Notes under the pieces: generated by a model
The model's input: only the letters and a program-made list of their open reading frames with translations
Databases searched by the model: none
What the model was told of the DNA's origin: nothing
Part shown: positions 27,067 to 40,500 of the stretch, piece after piece
Layout: every line of letters starts with the position of its first letter
How positions within the stretch are numbered: the first letter of the stretch is position 1
Made by a program: the position numbers and the translations under genes
Assembly: GCA_977030845.1 (NCBI GenBank)
Contig: OZ365112.1
Coordinates: forward strand, 21,948,001 to 22,012,000
Reading direction: 5' to 3'
Length of the DNA: 64,000 bases
From: Fimbriosthenelais zetlandica
Taxonomy: Eukaryota

Positions 27067-30000
27067 ACTTTGGGTTATTGAACGTATACTGATCAGATAA
27101 AGATCAAGAAACAAAGTACATTGACTTATATCTCACTACAAACTGCTCGGGTGCCAAGGCATCATCATTCATTTTTCAGGCTCAGTGATTCCCATCTTTC
27201 CATGAATAAAGAATGGCTTATAGGAGCATCCAAATGCATGTTTTAATACTGAGATAGGATCTTGGAAGATCCATCCATATCTGTATGATCAGATATTGCC
27301 TAATCCTGTATCTCCTTCTCCATGCACTTAAATCATAGGCTTTGCAGAGCTATTCTAAATCATCTAAAAGTACCTTCAAGTGAACCTTAGCCACTTCTCT
27401 GAACTATTTCTACTGAGCCTTTCAAATTTGAAGGTGACGCCGAGTTTTGGGTTTAAATATATGGATCCCCTGGAGGTACCTTGACTTTATTTTTTTCCTG
27501 ATTGGCCATCACCTCTTCCACAGCGTTCTACACCTTTCTGATTCAGACTTAACATCTTATTCCTCCCCACCCCCTCATAATGATGAAGGAGGTGGGGATT
27601 TTCTTCTGTCGATAGCATGAATAAATTCTTCTCGGCAACTCCCAAGGTAATCACTAGGACTTTTCTTCTGTCCCTCCAGCATGACCCCAAATGCAGAATT
27701 CCCTCCACTAAGCATCATTAATTACCCTCTGACGTCGCTCCCAATTTACTGCTCTTCTTTTTCCTCCAATCAATGTCTTGGGATCTTTTTATGATATGTT
27801 TTATTATCCTGTGTGGTATTTATGAAATGCTAGCTTGCCAGTTACAATAATTATGGCAGGAACCATTATGCCACAGGGAGAACTGGTCCATGATTAGGCC
27901 CGTGGAGTGGTAGGATTTACACTTTGGAAACTGTGGATAAAAACTCCAACCGTGGTACTCCATAAATACATCTCCCTATTAGCGCATCTTCTCTGGGTCT
28001 ATTAAAAAGCTATTCGGCATAATCCATTCCAATAGAAGAGAGTCGCTCGTATAGGACTCTGACTCCGAGGTTGTCTGAATTCCAATATAGACATCAGGCC
28101 ATATATGAGGACCAGAATAAATGAGAGAATTTGGTTTGATGGAAATGATTATGCCTCTAGTAAATAGCGCTATGTAGCTTGTGCAAAGGAAACGTTGCTC
28201 AGAGCCTTACAATTCAATGCTCTGGAAAAACGGGAGAGGCACTAGCTGCAATGGAAAGAGTAATGAAATTTTAACATCTATTGTGAGTGCAGCAGACTCT
28301 GCCTTTTGGTCTACGGGAAGGCTGTCATCTTATCTAGGAAGACATTAGTAGTGGTAAAATGGACAGAAGTCGTTCGTATCTTTCAACATTCCTCCAACTT
28401 TCCAGTGGGTGACAGCCCAAGGGTGTAGACCTGGCATATTACAAGTTTAGACGCCGGGCATTGCCTTACGTCAAGTTCAGGAAGCCTTGGTATCATTTTT
28501 GCCTGTGGGAACACTCCTATTACCTCACACTGGTCACCATTAAAGTCTTCTCTTCACTTTATTGCTCATTGATAGTCTTGGCAGGCCTGGCCAAGAGGAG
28601 GCCATGTAGCAGGCGAGCAATAGTAAATTGATCCTGGTCTTACCAGGCCACATGAAGGAGGAAGGTAGTCGTTTTTAAACTGCATGTAAGCTGCGCCGGA
28701 TGGTGGCGCCGTTAAAGCTTCTGGAAGGAGAGCTTATGGATGCTTTCAGACTACCAAGAAACAGAACCAAAGAAGTCGGGAACAGAATATGAAATGATAT
28801 TCAAGAAGTGACTAAGATATGACCCCCATCGCCCTCGCCTGTGATTGAAAGAAATCCCAGGCTGGTGTCTGGAATTAATGTGTATTTAAACACTTGATTG
28901 CCAGCATTTTTATCCCCATAAAGGGACTTTATTTCACTGGACATCCATAATTTGAACTGGGGGTCTCAGAGAATATTATCTAGAAATACAAAAAAGGAGA
29001 GGAGCGATCGGGAGAGAATATTGAATAACCTATCGAGTGCCATGCATGGCTGGTTTTTGCAGGGTTGGAGAGCATTGCCAATTCAACCTTAACCTCAAAA
29101 CGTTCACCCATCCAGAAATGAATGGTTATGGTTATTGATATGTTTGGGGCATGCCTCTCATTTATTCGAATTGATTATATTGAAGGGAACAGAATAAAAC
29201 TTTCACCCTTGCTCATTTATTCTGTCTTGAAAAGCAAACCTTTCACCAATCCAATACTTCTGATATTGCCGGTAAAAATTTGAACCGACCAGTGATCCTT
29301 CCGGTCGAATGAGGTACTGAGCTCTTTTCTCTTTCTATATGACAGTATGGTAAACGGCTATAATTATAATCACGTGAAGTTCATTGTCTCAATTTCCAAT
29401 GACTTGTCCCAGAAGCAGTGCATGAAATTGCATTGGGATGACATATGATGTCATAGATAGGCAGCTTCCGTGAAGTGATCTATTACGAGAGCATTCTATG
29501 CACTTAAGAAAGCAATATCTGTGAGGAGACAAGTAATGAATAGGGCCAGCTTTATCCCAAAATTTCAGTTTCAATTACTTCAAAATGTCTCAGCTGTGAA
29601 ATGAGATCTAGGCGCGCCCACTCAACCTCCATGAATGGATTATAAGTCTTCCTAGCTATTCATACAGCAGACTAATGGGAATCTCCCATGAGGAACGACA
29701 CGCAAGCTGACCCCTATAACCAGGGCAGCAAAGACTGGACCTGTTTGTACATTGAATTATGTAAATCGTTGAGAGGCAATGCAGTTTAACCTGCATGTAT
29801 ACCAAGGTGGGCACGGAAGGTTCAGTGATTTTGTTATTCTGTATTCTGAATTATTGCAGTAAACTTTGAGGTGAAAATTCGAATGGTACATTTTCAAAGT
29901 TTTCTTTCTTTAGTGATAGTGGAGAACATTGAAGTTATTTGCCTGTAACATCCCCCTGGAGGGAATGGTAAGTGCCCCCAAGACAATGTTCTGTTTGTCT

Positions 30001-31729
30001 GTTGTTTGCTGCTGCTGACAGTTAAGAGAAGTGATTGTATACCCTTTCCACGTAGGACCTTTGCTCCGGGCAGAAGTCCTGTCCACACACAGAGTAAACA
30101 CATTTTTCCTTACATGATATATGACCTCAAGTGAAGCTTGCAATTTGTTTTTCATACTGTTCTAGATGCCCTAAATGGCGAACCCCATTACCAATGAACA
30201 GGATGAATTTCACTCTAGGGATGGTTAGAGAATGCTGTCAGTACTGACCCTGTTCACAGTCCCTGATAATCGCTAATGGATGGGCTTGGGTGAAAGAGAG
30301 ATGCTCATCTTCTGCTTGAGCTGATGATAAGTTTCAGAGAAAATATCCCCGTTTAAGGCTGATACCGGGAAAAGATTAGGAAGCTATTCCAACGACTAAT
30401 TCGTAAACAATGGGGGCACTTAGAGTGTAATGAAGCTAGCTAAACTGATAGGGAGAATAAACTCAAAATAGGTGTAGTGAGGATATGGAATTACTTGTGT
30501 CATTCTTAATGCTGTGGGAATTCATGTCGATAATCCATTCCACCTATCTATGGCAACGAAAAAAGTAAAATCTATGAAAACTGCTGAAACTGCATTTTTC
30601 ATGTTTCCTAATTTCAACTTGTAAATTGCTTTTATACTCACAGATAGGGATTTTGGAACCAAAGTAGATCCTTTGAAACCAATCAGCAAGTATTATAGAA
30701 GCAATTCATTTTGTGCATTGATAGGCATTCGGTATTGATTCAGAGAAATGAGGATGAGACCAATCAATTCAATTATTTCACTTTTAAAACCATGCAATTG
30801 CCCAAGGTTTTAATAAAAAATGTCAATGATTTAAAACAGGTCTGATGATTGAACGACCGAACATGAAAATGAATGGTGTTCCAGGCGGCATGGATTATTA
30901 ACCCCATTTAATATGTTTTGAACATCCAGTCTAGATAGCAAGAACTCCTGAATAAACTAGGAAAAACTGACTTTATCAGCAATGAATATGACCTCTTACT
31001 CCCAGCAATATTTGGATATATTGGATTGATCTCAAAGCTTCCACGTACCAAACACTGACCTTGTCCAACGGTTTCAGGACGATTACATATATGAGAAGGA
31101 GAGAATTGGCCAGACTGATAGAGGAGTCAATAATGTTTGACGAATGGGATTGAAGTCAAGAGGCAAGTCAAGTCTTATAGAAGAAAAAATACGAAACTTG
31201 CGGACTTTCTTGTTTCCCTTCTGAAGTTTTATATTTCATAGAGCACCCAGGGTGTATTCAAATGCATTACTATGAGCACTATGAGCAGGTTTCCATTTTA
31301 AAATTCTTCAAGGTCTCAAAATGATTATATGCGGTAAGAGTCGGAACGCCATAGAATTAAGGAAATAACATAGCAAAAGTGTTGAGAACATTTTTTTTCT
31401 TTCAAGGGAAAGATAATCTATCCATCTCACACTTGACACTTTTATTACTAGAAACCCATAATCAAAGGAGAATTATGTGGTCAGAGTATACGGGGTTAAG
31501 TGAAAGTCAGAACTGTGTCTTGTTTACTGTCACTCTGAAATGTACCTGAGAGCAGAACCCTGGGCCAGGAGATTTCAAGTCCCACTATCTAAATTCCCAT
31601 GGGGCGTTTGAAGTTACCCTCGGCTGCCAAGTGATAATCACAGATAGCTCGTGGAGGAAATAGGGAAGCGTGGAATGTATATGGAAGAGACGAAACCAAA
31701 GAAGTCCAAAGTACCCAAGAGGGTTAACA

Positions 31730-32270
31730 ATCTATGTGAAATGTTTTAAAACAAACATGCATCGAGTGCAGTTATATAAGTAAATTCTTGGTAGCTTCAC
31801 CAATATTTTATAGGAATTAATATAACGATTTGAATATTCCGAAAAGTTTGTCAAAATCATAACCACAAGTGTAGACATTCTCATGAGAAACAGAACTTTG
31901 CCTGTCGATTTGTGTAAAGTAGGAATAAAAATCGCTTTCAGTTCAAGCTGCATTTTTGTAACGATTTTGAGGATAATCTCACGCTTTCAGTCGATCATTT
32001 AAGGGTTATTTTCGTCGTATGCACGCATAGTTCAAGTATCTTGATCATTTTCCTCTATTGCTTCTATGCAAGCAACAAATAAGACAAAAGTCATCTATAT
32101 ACCGAGGCACCATCTCCAAAGTTTAATACATCAAAAGGACTTCCCAATTAGGTACACAGAGGCTTGGGTTGCAATCAGAACAGTTATAAGCTCATGTAGG
32201 GAACGATCAATATCAATCAAGCTGTAGTTCACCTTGCCCAATACTCCATTTCAAAAGATCTCATTGACGA
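31730..32270 (-). mobile_element. Penelope-like element reverse transcriptase relic
   Basis: RYIDDFCLI (RYIDD at 32104-32090), preceded by PSLCVPNWE. Followed by ITLK*STESV, TLHKST (similar to LYxKPT) and SYKILVKLPRI (similar to PYSQxLRxRRI). Confidence 0.5.
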
Positions 32271-32390
32271 TCATCCATCACATCTTCCCATCACTTCAAC
32301 TGTTGAGCTATAATGCTCATCTAGCTCAGTTATCTCCTGCCTGATACCTTTGTTCTATGGCGACCTTTCTTGCTCCAATTCTATGGCTAT

Positions 32391-32488
32391 GTATCTTTGA
32401 AATGAGATCGAATCGAAATATAAAAGATTAATCTTTTCAATGGTATCTATGAAATGAGATCGACCTATACAAGATTAATCCTTTCAAT
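32391..32488. repeat. Imperfect ~52-bp tandem duplication
   Basis: GTATCT(T/A)TGAAATGAGATCGA...AAGATTAATC(T/C)TTTCAATG at 32391 and 32443. Confidence 0.85.
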
Positions 32489-35400
32489 GTTCTGTTTGAT
32501 CCCGCTACTATATATAATTATGCTTACTGTCTTCTTAGATGCAAACCTTTATGAGATGGTCCTCTTTTGAAAGATCATTGAACATAAAGGAAAGTATTTA
32601 GTTAATTATATGTAATTACTGATAATGCTACTATATGAAGGAAATAATTATTCTAATGGATCATAATCTTTGAAGATTGTAGATCTATTGATAACGTTTC
32701 ATGGATTCTAAGTAATACCTCCAATATTTCCTTCATGAAGCTATATCTTAAATATAGATCCCATAAGGCCCATTTTTTTGCAATACCTCTATCAGGCTTG
32801 TATGGTAGTATATATAAGGTAATCTTCCGTCTAGAAGAACATGGCCAAAGTTAACCGGGCTGTACGGGTGCCACAGGGATTTATTCAGTGGTTCTTACAA
32901 TGGGGGGCGAGGTCAGAGGCTTTTCATCAGTTTTGATGGATTGAGGGGAAGAGACAGCAAGGTGTTAGGGGTAGCAACCTACCCCACCTGCGCGCGACGA
33001 AAACATTTGTTATGCAAAATTGGTACAGGAAACACTTTAGGTCGTGAGCTGGCTTTTTTTTCACAAGAACTTTTCAAGATAACAATTATATTAGAAAGGA
33101 ATTCGTTATATACGTTCAATGGCACAATTTGGACTGCAAGGATCCCGGTTTCGACAGCTGTGGCACTACCAAGTTGTTTTATTTTTAGTGAAACACTGCA
33201 CAATTTCTGTCTTTTTGTCAAAGAGGTTTCTGTTTTCATTTTCATTTTTCCCTTTTCCAAATAAAAAATCAGGGACATTGTTAGGATGAAAAGTTTGCAT
33301 TGAACTTTCTTTGATTTCTATTCTGAAAGACTACACAAGTTTTTTCGATTTCCATTGAGCTGGACGTGTGGACGAACTTTGGTTGGAGGAAGATGATGCA
33401 CGAGAGTGCCTGAGAGAAACTACTTTGAGGAATTTGAGCCAAGTCAAGTTGACGAGGCAGCCAAAAATTATTTGGTAATTGATAGACGAAAAGAAATTAA
33501 TTGAATTGTTAGCCAATGGAAATCAGCTTTTCCAAAACAAATTATTTCTGAAGTCAATAAACTTGTGCTTCTATTCCCAAAGACCTATCTGTATTGAACA
33601 TTCCGTCTTTAAAAGAAATGTCCCAAAAAATTTGGGCCAAGCAAGGGTGAATTACAAGGGAAGACGTGGCTGAAGAAGAAAAACGCAATCGAACAGACAC
33701 GGTGAAAGAGGGACGCCTGTTAAAAACTGAGAGGAAAAATAATAATGATAAAGGAGGAGACATTGAAAGAAAGTGAATTATATATCGACAGAAGACGCTG
33801 GTAGGCCATGCCACCATGCCAAGTTAAAACTTTCTAATTGTTATTCCCCTTCAGTGGATTTAACTTTGAGAGTTCCAAAAGAAAGGATTATTATAGGAAC
33901 AATGATAAATGTACTTTTAAGGTTGGACATTATGCATTTATATCTCTTTAAGGATCGTTGTTTTATTCCTGTTGTTTCTTTTATGCCCAATCTGCTCAAG
34001 GAAGCTTTATTGAGTCAGTTTCGATCCTTTGCAAAGCTACTTGGGCAATGGCGACTGTTTGCGCCAATGGTTGCCTCTCTCGAAACATTCGCTCTTCTGT
34101 GGTTTCAACCTGGCTTGATTGGGTGGCTAAAGCCTATGATAGAAGTCTTGGCTTCGTTAGGGTCATTCTCTGTCCGTGACAACTATATAAATCAAAGAGA
34201 TACTCCTCCCAAGAGGCAAAATCCAAATATTGCGGTCAGAGACCCAACAGCCTTAGTGATTTTGATGTAAACCTTTCATCTGTGAAACAATAGAAGCTTC
34301 TAAGTGCCCTGCGCCCACACTAATGCCGTTTGAGCTGATTGCTATGTCTCAAAGGCTCAACATGTGAACAGAGGGGTTCTGCTGTGCATAATCAAAAGAG
34401 GCTAACCACCTTCTTCACATCTTAGGAGTGTGTCCGGCAGACAAATTGTGTATAGAGAAGAGGATGATTGGGCTTTGTGATAGAGTACATAGCAGAAGGT
34501 TGAAATAACCAATCAAAAGTTATTAGCAGATATCAGAAGATATCATACGCTAACATACTTATAAAAAAGATGTCCTTTTGGTGCTGCAAAAAATATCAAA
34601 TCATGCTCTTGAAAGGAGGATAAAAAAACACAATTAATGAAACAGTTGGAGGTGAAACAATGTGATCTTGCCCGCCCCCGTGTCATATATATCGAGGCCA
34701 AGTACAGTCGGGCAATCAATGTGATTAATTTTGTGGCATTGAACTCATTTCCGAAAGAACAAAACAATCGTTGTCAATACATTGCAATAAAATGTTTTTG
34801 TGTGTTTCCCTTGACTCCGAATCCAATATCCGTAGCCAATGGCATTTTCACTTCTTAGAAGCAATTAATATCGTTTTAATACGTGACAATTACACTGAAA
34901 TAACAATTTTATTCATTCTTAATCGAAGACTTTCATTACTGCACTGAGGAATTCCATAAGTTTCTAACGTAATTTGCCGTCTTCAGTGATTACCTGGACT
35001 TTTCCATGCATATTTTAGTGACATTACAATCTACTTAATATATGAAAAATTTAAAGTTGGTACCATCAAATCTTCTAAAGTTTATAAGCCAAGGACTGGA
35101 CCTAGGTCAAAGATTCTTTCTCGAGCACTTCCTTCCTCCGTAAAATCTAATTTGAAGCCCATTAATTAATCAAGAAAACGGCCAACTTTTTAAGAGTCAA
35201 TAAAGTTCTTCCCCAGGAGGCAGCTGCAGATTATCGGAGATGTTGGTATATTTCCAAATTGTGCACACGTCTAGAACCCTGTGACAGACATAAGAAAGTG
35301 AGTCTAATGTACAGACATTCCACTCGCGGTGAGTATTAAATGCCTGATTTGAGCTCTTTAAGAGGAAAAAACACTTGGCTTAAGAAGGCTTCCAATCTGA

Positions 35401-35868
35401 TGAGGAAGCCTTGGTAGAAAACACATGCCCAGCTCTGCAACATTGCTCGCTCCTCATCGGTTTTTTTCTCATATCATCATGCAGGAGAACTGACTTAGCA
35501 TTCACTAGTTTTTACTCTAAAATAACTGTCTGCTTGCCAAGGAAACCATGCCATGTTCTGCGTCTGGACTGCATGTTCCTTCTATACTACTACCTCCAAC
35601 TATATGTAGGCCCACTATATTCATGGCATGCATGTGTATCAGGGTTGAAAGAGCAAATTAATCTCCTATTGCCTTTCAGGTTTAACATCCGCTCTCATCT
35701 GCTCCTACAGAAGCTGGAAGTGATTGAGTAGCTCATGCATCACAATAATTAAATTTCCAGTCGAAGAACCCTGAACATATGAGGAAATATGCTTGGAAAA
35801 TGCTAGGTGATTAAAATGTCCTTCTTAACCTTATTCGTATAAGAGGGGCCATGGACATCAAATACTTT

Positions 35869-35898
35869 GAACATGTGGTATTGGAACATGTGGTATTT
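35869..35898. repeat. 15-bp tandem duplication
   Basis: GAACATGTGGTATT(G/T) x2. Confidence 0.9.
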
Positions 35899-35899
35899 C

Positions 35900-36310
35900 T
35901 TACCAGGGTGGTCACGAAATCTACCTGGGGATATAGGCTTACAGCTTTTATTGGGCTAGATCGAGCCACAGTTGCACAGAAATTTTTCTATCCCTGCCAT
36001 CAAGTCTGTCAACAGGTCCATAGAAATATGTATGCGGCACATCAGGAATGGGTTTCCATGGACGGTGGCCATGGCGTGAGGGGTGCCAATATTGACTGCA
36101 TGGAACAGTCAGACGGTGGTTTAAGGCAGACCTTCTGCTTTTGTGTTGTTGATCGAATCTGCCAAGTGCAACAACACACTGAAGCAAAGTGACTCCCTAT
36201 GTTTTTCCCACACACAACTCATGTTCTTTGTGACTTAATGGAGTGACATCATTCAATGCCTCTTTACTCTCGATATCACCATGATGAACATTAAGTAGTC
36301 CTAGTTCAAT
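35900..36310 (-). mobile_element. Ty3/Gypsy integrase relic (zinc-binding domain and start of core)
   Basis: VHHG..., VW, CTWQ (C-x2-C remnant), APLTPWP, RPW and HISMDLLTDL (36030-36001), then GRDRKISV..D, across frameshifts. Confidence 0.6.
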
Positions 36311-37503
36311 GACCGTATAGGGGTTTTCACACAGATCCTCTTAATTAGGTTTAATCGATTTTTTTCTACCATCTGCTCGTCCTTGGCATGGGAGATGTCT
36401 CTGTGATGTTAGTGTGTTCTTGGAGCCAGAGTAGACTGTCTACTTAGATTGACCACAGGGAGAACGTCGCATGTATAAGGGCCCTAGGTCAGAAGGGTTA
36501 GAGCTGGTATTTCACTACACCTTATCTCAATCAATATTATAAGTTTGAGGAAGCAAACTGGCTCAAAAGCTTTATACTATTCTAAGTCATTGAGTCAAGT
36601 GTTCGGGCGAACCGTTTGACCATCATGCCTGAAAGTCATGATCGTTTTAACGTAAGTCTGGAATATTATAATGTGTCCCGTGATCTTTCCATATGTCATC
36701 ACGTCTTGTCGTTGGACTCACGATCATTAAACTTTAAGAAAGAACTTTTACCATCACATTAGGGGTACCCAATGCCCAGATCTATAGCTTAATTGATGTG
36801 TCTGGTTTCCGTGCCTGCTGCAGCCAGCCCCTCTTATGAAACAGCTGGCAGTGACTTTCCGGGGCTTTCAGCAGATTCGCAGCGGTTTATATGCGTTAGA
36901 TTTTCAGAAAATATACGGATGGCTTTTATTTGGGCGCACTTGGCCGGGTACAGCAGCATAATGGAATAATAGAAGTAAAAAGAAACCAAACAAGAGGGTA
37001 ATCGCATGTTTGGTTCTACAAGTATTAACAAAGATACATGGAATGATCTTACTTCCATCTCTTAAAGGTCGGTCATAGATTTTCAGTAATACGAGAACTG
37101 ATTGATCTCTGTAGGCCACAAGATGACCGGCCTGGGTAATCTCATTAGCTGAGCCCTGATGCTTTAAAGCCTTAGCTTGGGTGACCTTGTTTCCACAGGA
37201 TATAGCCTGCGGCCTCGAAAATACCCAGGTATGGTCAGCTTTCAAAGGGATGGAAATTACCGCCTTAACCAAGCTGGCCAAGGTAATTGTAAGAAATAGT
37301 GTCAGGGGTGTCCTGAGCTGTGATTAGTGAAACGATAAACAAGCCCCTCACATGTAACAGATGGAATGAGCAGTTCACTAAGCAGGAGTAACAATGAGGG
37401 CTCAACTGAGTTACTCACCACAACTAGGCCTAGCCATCAAGTGTTTAAGCTGATCTATTTTTCAAGCTCGATATTGGTTATTTATGATGAGGCTAAATTC
37501 CGT

Positions 37504-37518
37504 CCCCCCCCCCCCCCC
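37504..37518. repeat. C15 homopolymer
   Basis: 15 consecutive C (G15 on the GPCR sense strand). Confidence 0.95.
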
Positions 37519-40500
37519 TCTATCAATATTGGTGTTCATAAGGTTCCTACGACAGCCTTCACTTCTCTAAAGCCTTTATATGGCCCTGTTTGTTTAGGAT
37601 AACCATATCTTCCAGAATGTCTCCCTAAACAGTAGTTGTGTAAACATATATATTTGTTATAGATAGTTCCCAACTCACCCCTTAGGTTCCATGTCGATCA
37701 TTTACAAGGCTAGGACTACTTAGCCAATATAAGTAACGAATGTTCTCTGAAGGACTCACTGAGAAGGGAAGAACGATTTAGATTATTGGATTTCCTACTT
37801 CTACTACAGTCACAAGCTCACATTGGAACATGGAAGGTGCACTTAACGTGCTCCTCAAACCTTATAAACATATGAAGATCTTAGATTCACATGCAGTTTC
37901 TGTAGCATGAGCCTATTCTATAATTAAATGCGACGTAGTTTAATTAATATGGTACGAGAAACAAAATATTAATATTTGGAACAAATTTAGTAACAAATGG
38001 CATTTTAGGTTTATTCATCTGTATGTACGATGACTGTCACTAGTTCTGTGGCCATAAGTATAGTCCGGATAGCAGCATTAGCTCCTCTACAGTAGCTTAT
38101 ATTAAAGCTGCAATAGTTACCCTCAAGCATGTGAAATTAATTAGACACAGCTGGCTAAGTACAGAAACATAATAATACCACTATTACGTTTGTCAGGATA
38201 CATCTGTAACCTACAAATGAAAGGGGGAGAAATGACATCTATTCTGAGAAAATGTCTTCTAATAAAGCATATACTATAGAGAAAAGTACAACGCTGCTAT
38301 ATTGAAAACCATGAGTTGGTTACAAACTCAGTCAGAGCTCATTTCATCTGGTCTTCTTCGGTGTCAAAAGTTTTTTTGATTGCAGCGACTCTTTCAAAAT
38401 GTTGTTCATATAAACATTTTTTTAATTCAAGCTATAGGGACAATCCTCAGTCGATTCTAATTAATCCCTTCGGAAAGTTTTAATCTACAGAGACATTACC
38501 ACCTCTCACCTCATATAGTCACGCCTTAAGCGACAAACATCTTTGAGATGTTCGCCTGTAAATTAATTGATGGAACACAGGCATGAGCTTGACGTTGAAG
38601 TGTCAAGTAACTTCATTTCCTCTAAATTGAGCAAAATGAAACGCCTCCACATTCTGCATAGTACTATGATCCCCACTCAACTTCTCCCCAGCAATCAGTG
38701 GAGGTATGAGAAATGATCGATCATGATGACTTGGGTGTTTTCCTTCCCCAAGACGGCCCGAGAAGGGAAGCAACTCATCAGAGCCATGCAACCCTCCAAA
38801 CATGATATTTTTCAAGTAGAGATAACGTGGTTCACACTCTATATAGGGACCCTCCACTAAGATGGTCCTTTGGGCCAGCTCTAATGCATCGAATTCAAAG
38901 AGCATCACACGATAATGACGTAACTGGATCTCTCCTGGAGTAAGACACGATTTCCCAAGACCTTGCGCGTGGTTGGAACTAACTTTGGCTTTGGAATTCA
39001 GTCCTAAAATGCATTTGCAACTCAAAAAGTCAGCATTGGTTTTGGACGGAAGACAATGTTGAACCATTTAAGGCTGCCTCGTGACGCCTGTCAACCGCAT
39101 AAAAAAGTGATGGTCAACATTGTTATTCCAGAATCACTTTTTCCAAATCATGCAGCCTTGTACTCAATTAAACTCAGTCCAACACCTCATTTTAAGCCCA
39201 ATTACATTCTAAGTAACAAAAAATGTTGCTTCCTGCATATCACATCACATGTCTGAATATTCCTTCATGCCATAACTTCTCTATCATGACATCAGATTCT
39301 CCCGTTCTCTCCACACAGTCTTGTGTGACTATTTCCACAGACGTCCTCATCTAATACAATATGGCCAGGCCACAGATTGGATAGATCTCTAGCACAATAT
39401 ACGGCCAAAAGGTCTGATGAACCAGAGTAAAGCTAGACAAAGATCTCAATATGTCTGCTGTGCGTACCAATGCCTGAATATTCATTCTTCTTTGATCTTT
39501 TGCTCCGACATGTTTTAGCATGAGCCAATTTTCTCCCCAGCAACTTAATTACTGGAAAAATCCATATTACATAGTTGATACCATTGACTGTCAGGGCTGG
39601 AAAGAGAGATGCCTGTATGAGAGGCATGCCCTCTACAACTAATGGGACATTTACATTTAGATTTGGTAACTCCATGCCTCTATGGATTTCTCTGATATAT
39701 TACCAAGTGGAGACTGCCTGAATGTAGACATCAACAAATGTGTGTGATACCAAATGGATTGTTTCACCAGGGACGTAGACGTTTCCTGGAGAACTAGAGA
39801 CTACACGAATATGCTCAAGGCCCAATGATCTGCATGTATTTTACACAACCATGCATCAGCTAAGGAAACCAGATATTAACGATCAGTTCTCACTATTCCC
39901 CTTTGATCTTTTTACACGAGAGAACCCATTGCCTTTGTATAAAATTGTAGCGGGGATATAAATCTGCTCAACAACATGCAACGAATGTTTGACAAAGGGT
40001 ACATGTAGGCAGAAGTAGTTCTCTACAACAGGAAAATTGGCAAGATGGCAAAGATCTGTGCTTCTGGGGATGCTGCAGATAGGTATTACACAATTTCAAC
40101 ACATTAAATATAAATGTCCCTTGAGAAATTGAATGAACAATTGAATGTAGAGTTCAATTGCCTGACAAGCAAGAAATTACGTCTTCTTCAATTTTATCAC
40201 TCAGCATCACATGCAACATCTATTCATAGAGAAGATTTATTTGTTCAGGCTGAACATCTTGTGAGGTGGTGATCCATGGACGATTTTTTTTCTCATGATA
40301 TCAAGAGGGAAGATAAAAAGAGAGCAAAAAAAGCATTGGAGCACAGCAAAATATTCATAATTATTATTTTTTTTAAATAAAACCTACACCTACAAACCGT
40401 GTGAAGTTCTCATCCGAGAGAGGAATCTAATTCATTTGAAAGTCACAGGTCTGATTCTATATTTGACAAAGTGTGAGGCAGCTTGTTAGAACTGAAACAA

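Noticed and set aside
35385-35412. CTGATGA inside a 9-bp hairpin (AAGGCTTCC/GGAAGCCTT)
   Set aside because: The core motif lies in a terminal loop and there is no correctly placed GAAA or stem III.
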